Source: Chloroflexota bacterium
Lineage (GTDB): Bacteria; Chloroflexota; Limnocylindria; Limnocylindrales; CSP1-4
NCBI GenBank assembly: GCA_034430475.1
Contig: DAOUEA010000009.1
Span: 107,578 to 171,577 of the forward strand
Direction of reading: 5' to 3'
DNA length: 64,000 nt
In this document: one piece after another, positions 1 to 9,006 of the stretch
Position numbering within the stretch: the first letter of the stretch is position 1
How the letters are laid out: each line of letters starts with the position of its first letter
The notes under the pieces: model-generated
The model's database searches: none
What the model saw: the letters and a program-made list of their open reading frames with translations, nothing else
Told to the model about the DNA's origin: nothing
Translations under genes and position numbers: made by a program

Positions 1-214
1 CCGGATCGATGTCGACGGCCGTCACCTCGTGGCCGGCTTGGGCCAGGGCAATGGCGATGCGCCCGGTTCCCGCGGCCAGCTCCAGCACCGGCCCACCGGT
101 GCGCGCGGCCAGGGCCAGGTAGAGATCCAGGTCGCCCGGGTCCTCCTGCAAATCCACGTCGTAAAGGCGGGCCAGGGCGGCGGCGGTCGTGGCATCGCGC
201 GGCAGGTCTGTCAT
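1..214 (-). CDS. class I SAM-dependent methyltransferase, N-terminal part (gene runs off the left edge)
   Basis: Reverse-strand ATG at 214-212. Translation MTDLPRDATTAAALARLYDVDLQEDPGDLDLYLALAARTGGPVLELAAGTGRIAIALAQAGHEVTAVDID carries the SAM-binding GxGxG-type motif (LELAAGTG) and an acidic motif (VDID). Absent from the ORF track because it is truncated. Confidence 0.7.
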   Translation of the reverse strand, partial: MTDLPRDATTAAALARLYDVDLQEDPGDLDLYLALAARTGGPVLELAAGTGRIAIALAQAGHEVTAVDIDP

Positions 215-255
215 GGCCTAAGCGTAGCCGCAGCAGCGCCCCGCAGCGCCTGGAT

Positions 256-630
256 TCAGCGTTCGGCCGAAAGCACGATCTCCGCCAGAGCGATCATGGT
301 CACGACGAAGACGACGATCGGCAGGCTAAGCACGTCCTCCAGGCGCAGAGCCACCAGGAAGGCAACCGCTAGGCCGACCCATCCCCCGCGCCGGATGGCT
401 CGACCCCAGTCGCCACGAAAGGCGATGCGGCGGTGCCGGGCGAAGACCGCCAGCCAGAACAGGGGCACGGAAGTGGTCCCGCAAGCCAGCCCGATGGCCA
501 GGGCGCCGACAAGTGTCGTGCTGGAGGTCTGGTGCGGGTAGGTGCTGGTCACCAGCGATCCTACGAACACCCAGGCCGCGGCCGCCAGAGCCACGAACAG
601 GTAGTTGGCCAGGCGATCCCGAGGCTCCAT
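256..630 (-). CDS. small integral membrane protein (about 4 TM helices), function unknown
   Basis: 124-aa ORF with four hydrophobic stretches (LFVALAAAAWVFVGSLV, LVGALAIGLACG, WVGLAVAFLVAL, LPIVVFVVTMIALAEIVL). Packed between the HAD gene (stop 640) and the methyltransferase (start 214) on the same strand. Confidence 0.55.
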   Translation of the reverse strand: MEPRDRLANYLFVALAAAAWVFVGSLVTSTYPHQTSSTTLVGALAIGLACGTTSVPLFWLAVFARHRRIAFRGDWGRAIRRGGWVGLAVAFLVALRLEDVLSLPIVVFVVTMIALAEIVLSAER

Positions 631-639
631 GGCGCCAGT

Positions 640-1470
640 CTAGGAGAGATCGCGGCCGCCGAGGCCGAGTGCGGCCGGCAGGTCGTCCAGGGTGTCGATC
701 TCCAGGTCCGCCCGCTCGGACCCCGTGGCCGCCGCCATGGGCAGCGGCGAAGAACCCGGCCGGGTCTTGACCAGGGCCGCCAGCCAGCCCACACCGTGAG
801 CCCCGGCCACGTCAGCGCCGGGGTCGTCGCCCACGTGGAGCAGCCGCGGGCCGGAGGCCACGCCCAGCTCGAAGGCCGCGGCTTCGAAGATCCCGGGGCG
901 CGGCTTGACCACCCCCACGCGGTGCGAGATCACTACGGCCCCCAGGTACGGCATCCAGCCCGCCGCTTGCACGAAGCGTTCGACCGAGAGGGCGTTGGGC
1001 CAGTTGGACAGGATCGCCAGCCGGTAGTGGCCGGCCAGCAGCCGCAGGATCGGGCCGACCCCCGGCGGAACCGACATCTGGCGGACGAACGCGGCCGCGT
1101 ACCAGTCGAGGATGGCCTGGGTCTCACGCCGCTCGGACCAGCGCGAGGTGGTGCCGGGCGGCCAGTCCTGGTCCGGGGTGGGCGGCGGGCAGCCCCTGAG
1201 CCTCGCCAGCACTCGTTCGGCCCGAACGTCCATGTCCGCCTCGCGCCCGGCCGGCACGTCGAAGGCGAACTGGCGGAGCCTCTCCTCGGCCCAGACCGCG
1301 GCGAACTCGAGCTTCGGCAGATCCCAGGCTTCCGCTGCCCGGGCAGCGGTCTCTTCGACGAGACCCTTCATGTCGCCATCGGCGAACGCCACCAGGGTGT
1401 TGCCGAAGTCAAGGGTGACCGCCTCGATGGACCGCCCGATCTCGCGTCCGCGCTTCTCCGTCGCCTTCAT
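640..1470 (-). CDS. HAD-superfamily hydrolase
   Basis: Start ATG 1470-1468 (MKATEKRG...). HAD motif I-like TLDFGNTL, later ILSNW, KP(R)PGIF and C-terminal VGDDPGADVAG. The ATG overlaps the helicase TGA as ATGA (1467-1470), suggesting translational coupling. Confidence 0.8.
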   Translation of the reverse strand: MKATEKRGREIGRSIEAVTLDFGNTLVAFADGDMKGLVEETAARAAEAWDLPKLEFAAVWAEERLRQFAFDVPAGREADMDVRAERVLARLRGCPPPTPDQDWPPGTTSRWSERRETQAILDWYAAAFVRQMSVPPGVGPILRLLAGHYRLAILSNWPNALSVERFVQAAGWMPYLGAVVISHRVGVVKPRPGIFEAAAFELGVASGPRLLHVGDDPGADVAGAHGVGWLAALVKTRPGSSPLPMAAATGSERADLEIDTLDDLPAALGLGGRDLS

Positions 1471-4400
1471 CTGGCAGCGCTCGTAGGGCAGATGTCGCGG
1501 AAGGCACAGTACGAGCAGGAGAGGTAGTCGGGCGAAGCCTCGAATCGCAGCGACCGAATGCCGGCTGCGACGCGCCGGATCGAATCGCGGGCCTTGTCCA
1601 GCCGCTTGGGGTCGATCTCGGCCCGTCCTACCAGCCCAGACTCGAGGAACCACAGCTGGACAGCGTCGGGCAAGCGGCCTGCTTCCGCCTGGTAGGCCAG
1701 GGCGTAGATCTGGAGCTGCAACGAGTCGCGGGCCCGCTCGCGCGCTCGAGCCGGATCGCGGACGTCGCTCGACTTGTAGTCGGTGATGACAACCTGCTCG
1801 GGCGGGGCCGCGCTGCCTTCGGCGGCCCCCGTCCCGCCGATCACGTCCACGCGGTCCATCCGGCCCCGGACGCGGTCGCCGTCCAGCAGGAAGCTGAAGC
1901 TCCGCTCCACCATGGCCGGGATCACAGCCCCGGGCTCCAGCTGCTGCGCCCGGAAGCGCCGCAGGGCCGCCTTGCCGGCGCAAAGGCGGGCCTCCTCGTG
2001 CTCGCGCGTCAGGAAGCCCTCGTTGGACCAGGCTCGCTCGAAGGCCGTCTCGAGCTCCTCGTCGCTCATGACATGGCCTCGGGCGTGCCGCCTGTGGAAC
2101 TCCTGCACGGCCTGGTGCAGCGCCGCGCCGTAGACGATGGAGTGATGGGGAGCGATCGGGACGCGCAGGACGTGCACGTACCTGTACTTGAGTGGGCAGG
2201 TCAGATAGTCGTCCACCTGGTAGAAGCTCAGAGTCAGCGGCCCCTCGATCGGGCCGCGGCCGGGCTCGGCCGGCGTTGCCTTCGATTCGAACGAGGCCAG
2301 GCTCTCCAGCGGCGGGCGGGCTCCCTCTGCGGCAGCGATGGCGACGGCCGAGCTCACGGGCCGGTCCAGTGCCTCCAGCACGAACTGGGACACCCGGCGG
2401 GCGCGCCGGCCCCCGTAGTCCGCGGCGTTGGTCAGGATCAGCTCGTCCCGGGCCCGGGTCATGCCCACGAAGAACAGCCTCCGCTCCTCCTGGAGCTGTG
2501 CGTCGCCCTCGGGCAGGGTCTCGTCGACCAGCTCCACGGGCAGCCCGAGCGGCTCGCGCCGGGCGCGGGTCGGGAAGCGGCCGTCGACCAAACCCGTCAT
2601 GAATACCGTCGGGAATTCGAGGCCCTTGGCTTTGTGGACCGTCAGGACCGCCACCGCGTCCGCGTCCGGATCGAGCTCGGCCGTGGCCGGGTCGTCGCCG
2701 GCCTCGATGAGCGTCTGCAGGTGCCGGGCCACGAAGGCAACGCGATCGTCGGTCAGCAGGCCGGCCTGCGACCGGACGATGGCGAAGAACCGGGCGATGT
2801 TCTGGAGGGCCTCCTCGGCCGCCACGGACTCCGTAGCCGCCAGTCGAGCCAGCAGGCCGCTCCGGCGCAGGAAGTAGTAGAGGACCTCGCCGGCAGGTCG
2901 CTGGTGGGCCATCTCCGTGAACTCGCGCACGTCGCCGACAAGGTGCTCGAGGCCGGCCCGAGTCGCGTCACTGAGGCGCAGCAGGCCGGGCTGCCGGGTC
3001 AGCTCCTCCATCACCTCCCACAGCGAGCGGTTCCGGCGGCGCGCCGTGTTGACGATGGCGGTCATGTCCTCGCCGCCCAGGCCGTACACCTCCGAGGTTG
3101 CCAGGGCGTACATGTCCACGCTGGACGAGAGATCCGCCAGGGAGCGCAGCAAGGCCAGCAGCAGCCGAACCTCCGGGCGCGCGTACAGGCCTGACGTGCC
3201 GGAGAAGCGCCAGGCGACCCCGGCCATGTTCAGGCTGCGCAGGATGGGGTCGGCATCGGCGTTGGCCCTCACCAGGATCGCGAAGTCGCGCGGCCGGGCC
3301 CCGCCCTCGATGCGAGAGGCGATCTCCCGGGCGACCCAGTCCGCTTCCTCGGAGCCGCTCGCCAATGCCAGGTGCCGCACCGGCGGCTCCACCCCGGGCC
3401 TCTCGGCCCGCAGCCGCTTGTCCACGGCGTTGCGAACCTCCAGGCGGTCCGGGTCGTTGAAGCGGATGAGCCGGTAGGCGGCATCCAGGATGGGCGAGCG
3501 CGAACGGTAGTTGCGGCGCAGCACGATCTGGCGGCAGCGCGGGTGACGACGCCGGAACTCGAGGATGTTGCTGATCGCGGCGCCACGGAACTTGTAGATG
3601 GACTGGTCGTCGTCGCCCACCACGGCCACGTTGCCGTGGTCCGCCGCAAGCAGCTCGACCAGTTCCGCCTGGGCCCGGTTGGTGTCCTGGAACTCGTCCA
3701 CCAGGATGTAGCGGTACCGGCGCTGCAGCTCCAGGCGGGCGGCGGGCGATTCGCGCAGCAGGCGCAGGGTCAATCCCACCTGGTCGCCGAAATCGAGCAT
3801 GCCGGCCTCGGTCAGCAGCTCCTGGTAGCGCCCGTAGGCTCGGGCAAGCTCCTGCTCCCGCCGGGCCCGCTCGCGCAGAGCCTCCGCCTCCCCGGCTGTC
3901 GCTCCCGCCGCCGCCGCCTCGTCCGCCTTGCGGGCCAGGCCGGCGGCGAAGCTCAAGTAGGCCTGCGGAGAGACGTCCTCGTCCTTGCAGCGGCTGAACA
4001 GCGAGGCAAGCGCGCCCAGGAAACGCCCCGGATCTCCCAGGGGACGGTACTGGTCCAGCTCGAAGCGAAACAGCCGCTCACGCAGGAAGATGACCGTCTC
4101 GGGCCGGGTCAGGATCCGCGAATCGCCGCCCAGGCCCAGTTCCAGGGCAAACTCACGGACGATCCGGTCGCCGAAGGCATGGAAGGTCGAGATCGCCGCG
4201 TCGGTGTAGCCGTACGGCACCAGCTGGTCGACCCGGGTCTGCATCTCCTCCGCCGCCTTGTCGGTGAAGGTCAGTGCCAGGATCTCCGACGGCCGCGCGC
4301 GGCGCGTGGCGATGAGCCAGGCGATACGACGAGTGACGACCTGCGTCTTGCCCGTGCCGGCCCCCGCGACAACGAGCAGAGGGCCGCGGTCGTGGCAGAC

Positions 4401-4553
4401 GGCGCGGCGCTGCTCGGGATTCAACCCCTCCAGGAGCGCGTCCAGCCCGCTGAGCGCGGGCGCATCGGCCTTGTCGACTGCGGTGCCCCAGACGGGTATC
4501 TGCTCAAGGCTCGGCGGCTCGCGCCTGGCCCGTCGCCTTGCGGCTGGCGTCAT
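1467..4553 (-). CDS. UvrD/PcrA-family SF1 helicase fused to a C-terminal PD-(D/E)XK (Cas4/AddB-like, Fe-S) nuclease domain
   Basis: 1028-aa ORF. Walker A AGAGTGKT, DEFQDT, VGDDDQSIYKFRGA and helicase motif VHKAKGLEF. C-terminal ITDYKSS, QLQIYALAY and Cys set (YLTCPLKY ... CSYCAFRDICP) typical of RecB-family nucleases with a 4Fe-4S cluster. Confidence 0.9.
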   Translation of the reverse strand: MTPAARRRARREPPSLEQIPVWGTAVDKADAPALSGLDALLEGLNPEQRRAVCHDRGPLLVVAGAGTGKTQVVTRRIAWLIATRRARPSEILALTFTDKAAEEMQTRVDQLVPYGYTDAAISTFHAFGDRIVREFALELGLGGDSRILTRPETVIFLRERLFRFELDQYRPLGDPGRFLGALASLFSRCKDEDVSPQAYLSFAAGLARKADEAAAAGATAGEAEALRERARREQELARAYGRYQELLTEAGMLDFGDQVGLTLRLLRESPAARLELQRRYRYILVDEFQDTNRAQAELVELLAADHGNVAVVGDDDQSIYKFRGAAISNILEFRRRHPRCRQIVLRRNYRSRSPILDAAYRLIRFNDPDRLEVRNAVDKRLRAERPGVEPPVRHLALASGSEEADWVAREIASRIEGGARPRDFAILVRANADADPILRSLNMAGVAWRFSGTSGLYARPEVRLLLALLRSLADLSSSVDMYALATSEVYGLGGEDMTAIVNTARRRNRSLWEVMEELTRQPGLLRLSDATRAGLEHLVGDVREFTEMAHQRPAGEVLYYFLRRSGLLARLAATESVAAEEALQNIARFFAIVRSQAGLLTDDRVAFVARHLQTLIEAGDDPATAELDPDADAVAVLTVHKAKGLEFPTVFMTGLVDGRFPTRARREPLGLPVELVDETLPEGDAQLQEERRLFFVGMTRARDELILTNAADYGGRRARRVSQFVLEALDRPVSSAVAIAAAEGARPPLESLASFESKATPAEPGRGPIEGPLTLSFYQVDDYLTCPLKYRYVHVLRVPIAPHHSIVYGAALHQAVQEFHRRHARGHVMSDEELETAFERAWSNEGFLTREHEEARLCAGKAALRRFRAQQLEPGAVIPAMVERSFSFLLDGDRVRGRMDRVDVIGGTGAAEGSAAPPEQVVITDYKSSDVRDPARARERARDSLQLQIYALAYQAEAGRLPDAVQLWFLESGLVGRAEIDPKRLDKARDSIRRVAAGIRSLRFEASPDYLSCSYCAFRDICPTSAAR

Positions 4554-4608
4554 GGGCTCAGCTTGCCGGTGGCGTTGACATCTCGCGTGTCACGCTGCCG
4601 GCGAGCGA

Positions 4609-5346
4609 TCACGCCCCGGACTCCTCCCCAACCCCGACGGCCTCCGGCTCCGGAGCTGACGCCTTCCCAGACGTCTTCCGCTCTGGGGTGGCAGGCGCCG
4701 CCTTCACCTTCGAGGGCTTGCGGCCGGGCTTGGCGGCCGGCGACGGCTTGGCCAGGCTGGAGGTCGAGGCCGTGCCTCCCGTCTTCCGGGCTGGGCGCTC
4801 GCGAGCCGGCTTCCTGGCCGGCCGCGGAGCCACCTCGGGCTCGGGCATACCGGCCGGCGGCGGTGTCCCGCCCTGGGAGACGGCGATGCCCACAGCCTTC
4901 TCCTCCTCAGTCGAAAGCGGGCTCTCGCAGATACCCTCGAAGATCGCCTTGGCGTAGATCCTCGTGCCTGCCCGCGAGTGGAGGCTGCTGATGACGAAGC
5001 CATCGTTGTTGGCATCCAGCATCGCCAGGGCGAAGCTCTGGTTCCCGCCCGTGTCGTCGAAGGGATTGAACCGGACCAGCCCCAGCCTGCTGAAGTGCAG
5101 CCGCGCCACGCCCTCCAGCACGGCCGTCCGGGCCGCGACCTCCTCCAGGTCGTGGGCGACGTGGATGACCGTCTCCAGGTGCGAGCTGAGGACCCCCTCC
5201 AGGCTCTCTCCATCGGCGCCCATGGTGAGGTAGTCCAGGCGGTGGCTGAGCCTGGCCAGGCGGCGATCCTGGATGAAGAACATGCCGATCATCAGCAGCA
5301 AGACGACGCCGCAGATGAAGATGAAGAGAGTGCCTAGCTGACCCAC
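4609..5346 (-). CDS. DUF4446-family protein with N-terminal TM helix and Lys/Pro/Ala-rich C-terminal tail
   Basis: GTG start preceded by GGAGG. Signature RFNPFDDTGGNQSFALAMLD as I recall for DUF4446. The tail PARKPARERPARK...AKPGRKPSKVKAAP is low-complexity and basic. Confidence 0.75.
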   Translation of the reverse strand: MGQLGTLFIFICGVVLLLMIGMFFIQDRRLARLSHRLDYLTMGADGESLEGVLSSHLETVIHVAHDLEEVAARTAVLEGVARLHFSRLGLVRFNPFDDTGGNQSFALAMLDANNDGFVISSLHSRAGTRIYAKAIFEGICESPLSTEEEKAVGIAVSQGGTPPPAGMPEPEVAPRPARKPARERPARKTGGTASTSSLAKPSPAAKPGRKPSKVKAAPATPERKTSGKASAPEPEAVGVGEESGA

Positions 5347-5499
5347 ACCAACCTCCTCTGGAACCCGCCGAGTCTACCAGTCGAACCGGCTGAGCCGCAG
5401 GCGAGAAGGCCGCCTACTCCACTCGAGGCCGCCCGTCTCCGGACAGGGATGCTATGCTCGGCCGGCAATCGAACGACCAAGCGGAGGCCTCTCCACACC

Positions 5500-5874
5500 A
5501 TGGCCAAGAGACACCGCGGCTCGCATCGTCACGGCCAGCGGCGATCCGACCGACGTGCCCCTCGTTTCCAGCCCAGGCCCGCCTCCCAGGCGACCCAGGG
5601 CCTGACGGCCGCCGAGGAAGCCCGCGCCGCGGAGCTGGAATCGCAGATCCTGGCCCAGGAACGGCCCGACCTGCCCGGCCGCCCCCGCGACCAGGTGGAG
5701 CCCGCCCAGGCGCCGATGCCGCGCTCCAGCAGCCCGCTGGCCGTCAAGGCGGCGGCGGAGTACGCCTACGTCAGCCGCGACGTGCGGCGCATCCTGCGCA
5801 TCGGCGGATCGATGCTGGTTATCCTCGCCACCGTCTTCGTGCTGGTCCGGGTTCTGAACGTAGTCAGCATCTAG
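5500..5874 (+). CDS. small basic protein with C-terminal TM anchor, function unknown
   Basis: ATG 5500 with GGAGG 12 nt upstream. MAKRHRGSHRHGQRRSDRR... ends in the hydrophobic stretch GGSMLVILATVFVLVRVLNVV. Confidence 0.45.
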   Translation: MAKRHRGSHRHGQRRSDRRAPRFQPRPASQATQGLTAAEEARAAELESQILAQERPDLPGRPRDQVEPAQAPMPRSSSPLAVKAAAEYAYVSRDVRRILRIGGSMLVILATVFVLVRVLNVVSI

Positions 5875-5948
5875 GCCGACAGGCCGGATCCAGGCCGGCC
5901 ACGTCGGGCCGCCCAGCCGCCCAACCGGCGGACGAGTAGCATCCGGTC

Positions 5949-7508
5949 ATGCCCAGTCGCAGGATTCCCGCAGCCGGTCAGCAGCCTGTCTTCACTCCGC
6001 CTCCCGACCGTCAGCCCCTGGCTGCCCGGATGCGTCCGCGAAGCCTCGACGAGGTCGTCGGCCACGAGCGCCTGATCGGCGAGCGGGGACCGCTCAGACG
6101 CGCTGTGGAGCGGGGCCGGCTGGGCTCCATCCTGCTGTGGGGCCCGCCCGGCAGCGGCAAGACCAGCCTGGCGCGAGTTCTGGCGGATGCCGTCGGGGCC
6201 GAGTTGGTGCCGATATCGGCCGTCATGAGCGGCGTGGCCGAGGTTCGGGCCTTGATCGCCGAGGCTCGCGACCGCCTGGCTCTGCACGGGCGCCAGACCG
6301 TCCTGTTCATCGACGAGATCCACCGCTTCAACAAGGCTCAGCAGGACGCCCTGCTGCCGCATGTCGAGGAAGGCACCGTGACCCTGGTCGGGGCGACGAC
6401 CGAGAACCCCTACTTCGAGGTCAACTCGGCCCTGCTGTCGCGGTTGCGAGTCTACAGGTTGGAGCCGCTGACCGACGAAGAGGTGGCGACCGTCGTGCGG
6501 CGAGCCCTTGCCGACGCGGACCGGGGCCTGGCCGGAAACCTGGGACCGGACGGATGCGTAGGGCTGGCCCAGGAAGCTTTCGACCACCTGGTCGGTCTCT
6601 CGGCTGGCGACGCCCGCCAGGCCCTCAACGTCCTCGAGAGCGCCGTCTCGATCGCCGAATCGGAAGGCATCCGCGACGAGGCGGGCCACGTGTCGCCTCG
6701 CCTGACCGACATAGAGGCCGCTGCTCAGCAGCGCGCGTTGGCCTACGACCGCGCCGGCGACGGCCACTACGACACCGTCAGCGCCTTCATCAAGAGCATC
6801 CGGGGCAACGACCCGGACGCCGCCCTGTACTGGCTGGCCTCGATGATCGCCGCCGGCGAAGATCCCCGCTTCGTCGCCCGCCGCCTGATCGTGCTCGCCT
6901 CGGAGGACGTCGGGCTGGCCGACCCACGAGCGATGGAGATAGCCGTTGCCGCCGCCCGGGCCCTCGATTGGGTGGGCCTGCCCGAAGCTCAGTACGGCCT
7001 GGCCGAGGCCACGATCTACCTGGCCGCGGCACCGAAGTCGAATCGGGCCGGGCGAGCCTACTGGGCCGCCATGGCGGACGTCCTGGACCGCGGCTCGCTG
7101 GCCGTGCCCCTCCATCTCCGTAACGCGGCTCACCGGGCAATGCGCCAGTTCGGGGTCGGCGTCGGCTACCGCTACCCGCATGACTACGAAGGCGCCGACG
7201 TCGAGCAGCAGTACCTTCCCGACGAGCTGCGCGACCGCCGTTACTACCTGCCCTCGGAGTCCGGCATCGAGCCGCGCATCCGGGAGCGGCTGGAACGGCT
7301 GCACCAGGCGCGGGACGCGGCGGCCGGCAAGCCCAGGCGCAGCAAGGGCGGCCCCGAGGTCGATGCCATGAGAGTGGCGGGCCGGGTGATGCGAACTCGC
7401 GAGACAGGCCGCCAACGCGCCTCTGCCGGCCAGCGGGAGGACGCCCTGGCCGCCGCTGACGGTGCCCCGGCAGATGCGCCCTCCGAAGACGGCGGGACGG
7501 CCGGATAG
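5949..7508 (+). CDS. rarA: replication-associated recombination protein A (AAA+ ATPase, MgsA/RarA family)
   Basis: LWGPPGSGKTSLA Walker A, VLFIDEIHRFNK Walker B/sensor, GATTENPYFEVNSALLSR, and the MgsA C-terminal region (YDTVSAFIKSIRGNDPDAALYWLA, YRYPHDY). Carries about 70 extra C-terminal low-complexity residues. Confidence 0.9.
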   Translation: MPSRRIPAAGQQPVFTPPPDRQPLAARMRPRSLDEVVGHERLIGERGPLRRAVERGRLGSILLWGPPGSGKTSLARVLADAVGAELVPISAVMSGVAEVRALIAEARDRLALHGRQTVLFIDEIHRFNKAQQDALLPHVEEGTVTLVGATTENPYFEVNSALLSRLRVYRLEPLTDEEVATVVRRALADADRGLAGNLGPDGCVGLAQEAFDHLVGLSAGDARQALNVLESAVSIAESEGIRDEAGHVSPRLTDIEAAAQQRALAYDRAGDGHYDTVSAFIKSIRGNDPDAALYWLASMIAAGEDPRFVARRLIVLASEDVGLADPRAMEIAVAAARALDWVGLPEAQYGLAEATIYLAAAPKSNRAGRAYWAAMADVLDRGSLAVPLHLRNAAHRAMRQFGVGVGYRYPHDYEGADVEQQYLPDELRDRRYYLPSESGIEPRIRERLERLHQARDAAAGKPRRSKGGPEVDAMRVAGRVMRTRETGRQRASAGQREDALAAADGAPADAPSEDGGTAG

Positions 7509-7954
7509 CGAGCGGCCGGTGCGCCGGCGGCGGTTCGAACGCCAGCGGGTGGTGCGCCGGCGAAACTGAGTCGTTCGACGTATTTCGGATTCCTGGCGGC
7601 CGGAGCAGGATTGAGCCGGTCGCGAAGGATCCGAACCGGACCTCAGCCCCGGATACCAGCCCGACGGGCCCACACGAGGATCATTGGATCTCGCGCATGC
7701 ACCAAGCGGCCCAGGTGCGCAAGTGCAACGAAACTGATAGGGGCGACGGCTGCGGCGACCGGTCCGGCTTCTCTGCGGCAGCCCGATACTAGTAGCCTCT
7801 CCAGCTTGGGGACAGCGCCATGTCGCGTGTGCATGCTGTCTCGCCCTTGGCGGACACAGCCTCGTACCGTGGGCCCAGCCCGAGTGCGAGGACGGCCCGC
7901 CTCGACGGGGCACGCCGCAAACGGACCGTTTCAGAAGACTACATAGAGCGCGCC

Positions 7955-8221
7955 ATGCTCCTCTGGCCTCGCCTGGACAGAGCCAAGCTGCGCAGGGCGG
8001 CCGACGATCCGGCCCGCCTGGCAGGGCTCATCGAGCGCCGAACTTCTCAGCCGCGCGACGTCATCGTGGCCATGTTGACAGGCGAGGCCGAGAGCCTCGC
8101 GGCCCGCGTCGACGGCTCCGCGGACTTCGACTCGGGACGGTCGGAGCCCGCTCGACTGGCCCTCCGCGTCGTGCGAACCGACTCAGACCCCCGGGCCAAA
8201 GTACGCGATCTACCCGCCTGA
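7955..8221 (+). CDS. hypothetical small protein (weak call)
   Basis: Internal ATG of the 7820..8221 ORF (MLLWPRLDRAKLRRAADDPARLAGLIERRTSQPRDVIVAML...). No recognised motif and no clear RBS. Kept only because nothing else codes here. Confidence 0.3.
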   Translation: MLLWPRLDRAKLRRAADDPARLAGLIERRTSQPRDVIVAMLTGEAESLAARVDGSADFDSGRSEPARLALRVVRTDSDPRAKVRDLPA

Positions 8222-8246
8222 GCGCCGCCTGCGCAACCGTTCTGGC

Positions 8247-8660
8247 TCAGGGCTCCAGGTCGAGGGCACGCACATGCCGCGGCCGGAAGATTGCGATCGG
8301 CCGGCGGTCGAAGGCGGCTACCCGAGTGATGCCGAGCCGCTCCGCGGTTGCCACCAGCACCGCGTCCGCCAGGCGAGGCCGATACTCGGACGCCTGGCGC
8401 ATCAGTTCGGCCGCCCGTGCCAGATCGGTCTGACTCGGGGCCACGACCCGGACTCCGCCGCCGGCCACGGCGTCCAGCAGAGCCAGCGTGGCCTTCAGCC
8501 CAAGCTCTCGCTGAAGCAGCAAGTCCGCCTCGCCCAGGGTGAGGGCGCCCACCAGCAGTGGCTCGTCCACCCTGCCGAACCAGTCCAGGGCCGCCCTGTG
8601 GTTGAGGTCCGACTGGTCGGCAGCGGCCATGATGGCGCTGCAGTCGAGCAGGATGGCCAT
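8247..8660 (-). CDS. vapC: PIN-domain toxin (VapC-type ribonuclease)
   Basis: 137 aa from ATG 8660 (MAILLDCSAIMAAAD...). Conserved acidic residues in LLD, GEADLL and LADAV; C-terminal ITRVAAFDRR. Lies 8 nt downstream of an RHH antitoxin gene. Confidence 0.8.
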   Translation of the reverse strand: MAILLDCSAIMAAADQSDLNHRAALDWFGRVDEPLLVGALTLGEADLLLQRELGLKATLALLDAVAGGGVRVVAPSQTDLARAAELMRQASEYRPRLADAVLVATAERLGITRVAAFDRRPIAIFRPRHVRALDLEP

Positions 8661-8668
8661 ACCCCTCC

Positions 8669-8920
8669 CTATTGCGGCTCCGGGCCCGGCCGCTGACCCG
8701 CTTCGCGCCGCGCGATCTGCCGGCCGTCCAGCGACAGGCGCCCGTGATCGCTCCGCCCCACGGCCAGGAACGGCAGATCCGGCGTGGTGTCGTTCGCGCC
8801 CAGGTAGCCCTCCACGGCTGCGGCGATCACCGCCGTCTTCGTCCAGCCGGACCGAGCGGCATAGCGGTCGAGTCGCTCCAGCAAGTCCGCGTCCATCAGG
8901 ATCGTTGTTCGCTTCTGCAT
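8669..8920 (-). CDS. vapB: ribbon-helix-helix (CopG/VapB-type) antitoxin
   Basis: 83 aa. The N-terminal KRTTILMDADLLERLDRYAARSGWTKTAVIAAAVEGYL is a typical RHH beta-strand plus two helices. Sits directly upstream of the PIN gene. Confidence 0.75.
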   Translation of the reverse strand: MQKRTTILMDADLLERLDRYAARSGWTKTAVIAAAVEGYLGANDTTPDLPFLAVGRSDHGRLSLDGRQIARREAGQRPGPEPQ

Positions 8921-8932
8921 ATGCGGTCATAT
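8919..8932. promoter_or_regulatory. inverted repeat ATATG-N4-CATAT overlapping the vapB start codon (candidate VapB operator)
   Basis: Plus strand reads ATATGCGGTCATAT, a perfect 5-bp inverted repeat. A TATATA -10-like element lies immediately upstream on the vapB strand. Function is inferred. Confidence 0.3.
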
Positions 8933-9006
8933 ATACCACGCTGGCGCGGAAACGCAACCGCCCCTACCATCGGCCTCGGACTGCCATCCCAAGGAGGAGA
9001 AACCAC

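Noticed and set aside
7518-7561. GGTTCGAAC T-loop-like sequence flanked by a 12-bp direct repeat (GGTGCGCCGGCG x2) just after rarA. Considered as a possible tRNA or tRNA fragment.
   Set aside because: No acceptor, D or anticodon arm can be built around it, and the sequence upstream is rarA coding sequence. It is probably just a weak hairpin after the stop codon.
5871-7913. 680-aa ORF antisense to rarA. Similar long antisense or out-of-frame ORFs occur elsewhere, e.g. 9628-11550, 16107-17582, 25699-26883, 39009-40547 and 35552-37447.
   Set aside because: They are Arg/Gly/Pro/Ala-rich with no motifs, and each overlaps a gene that has clear family signatures on the other strand or frame. These are typical shadow ORFs of high-GC DNA.
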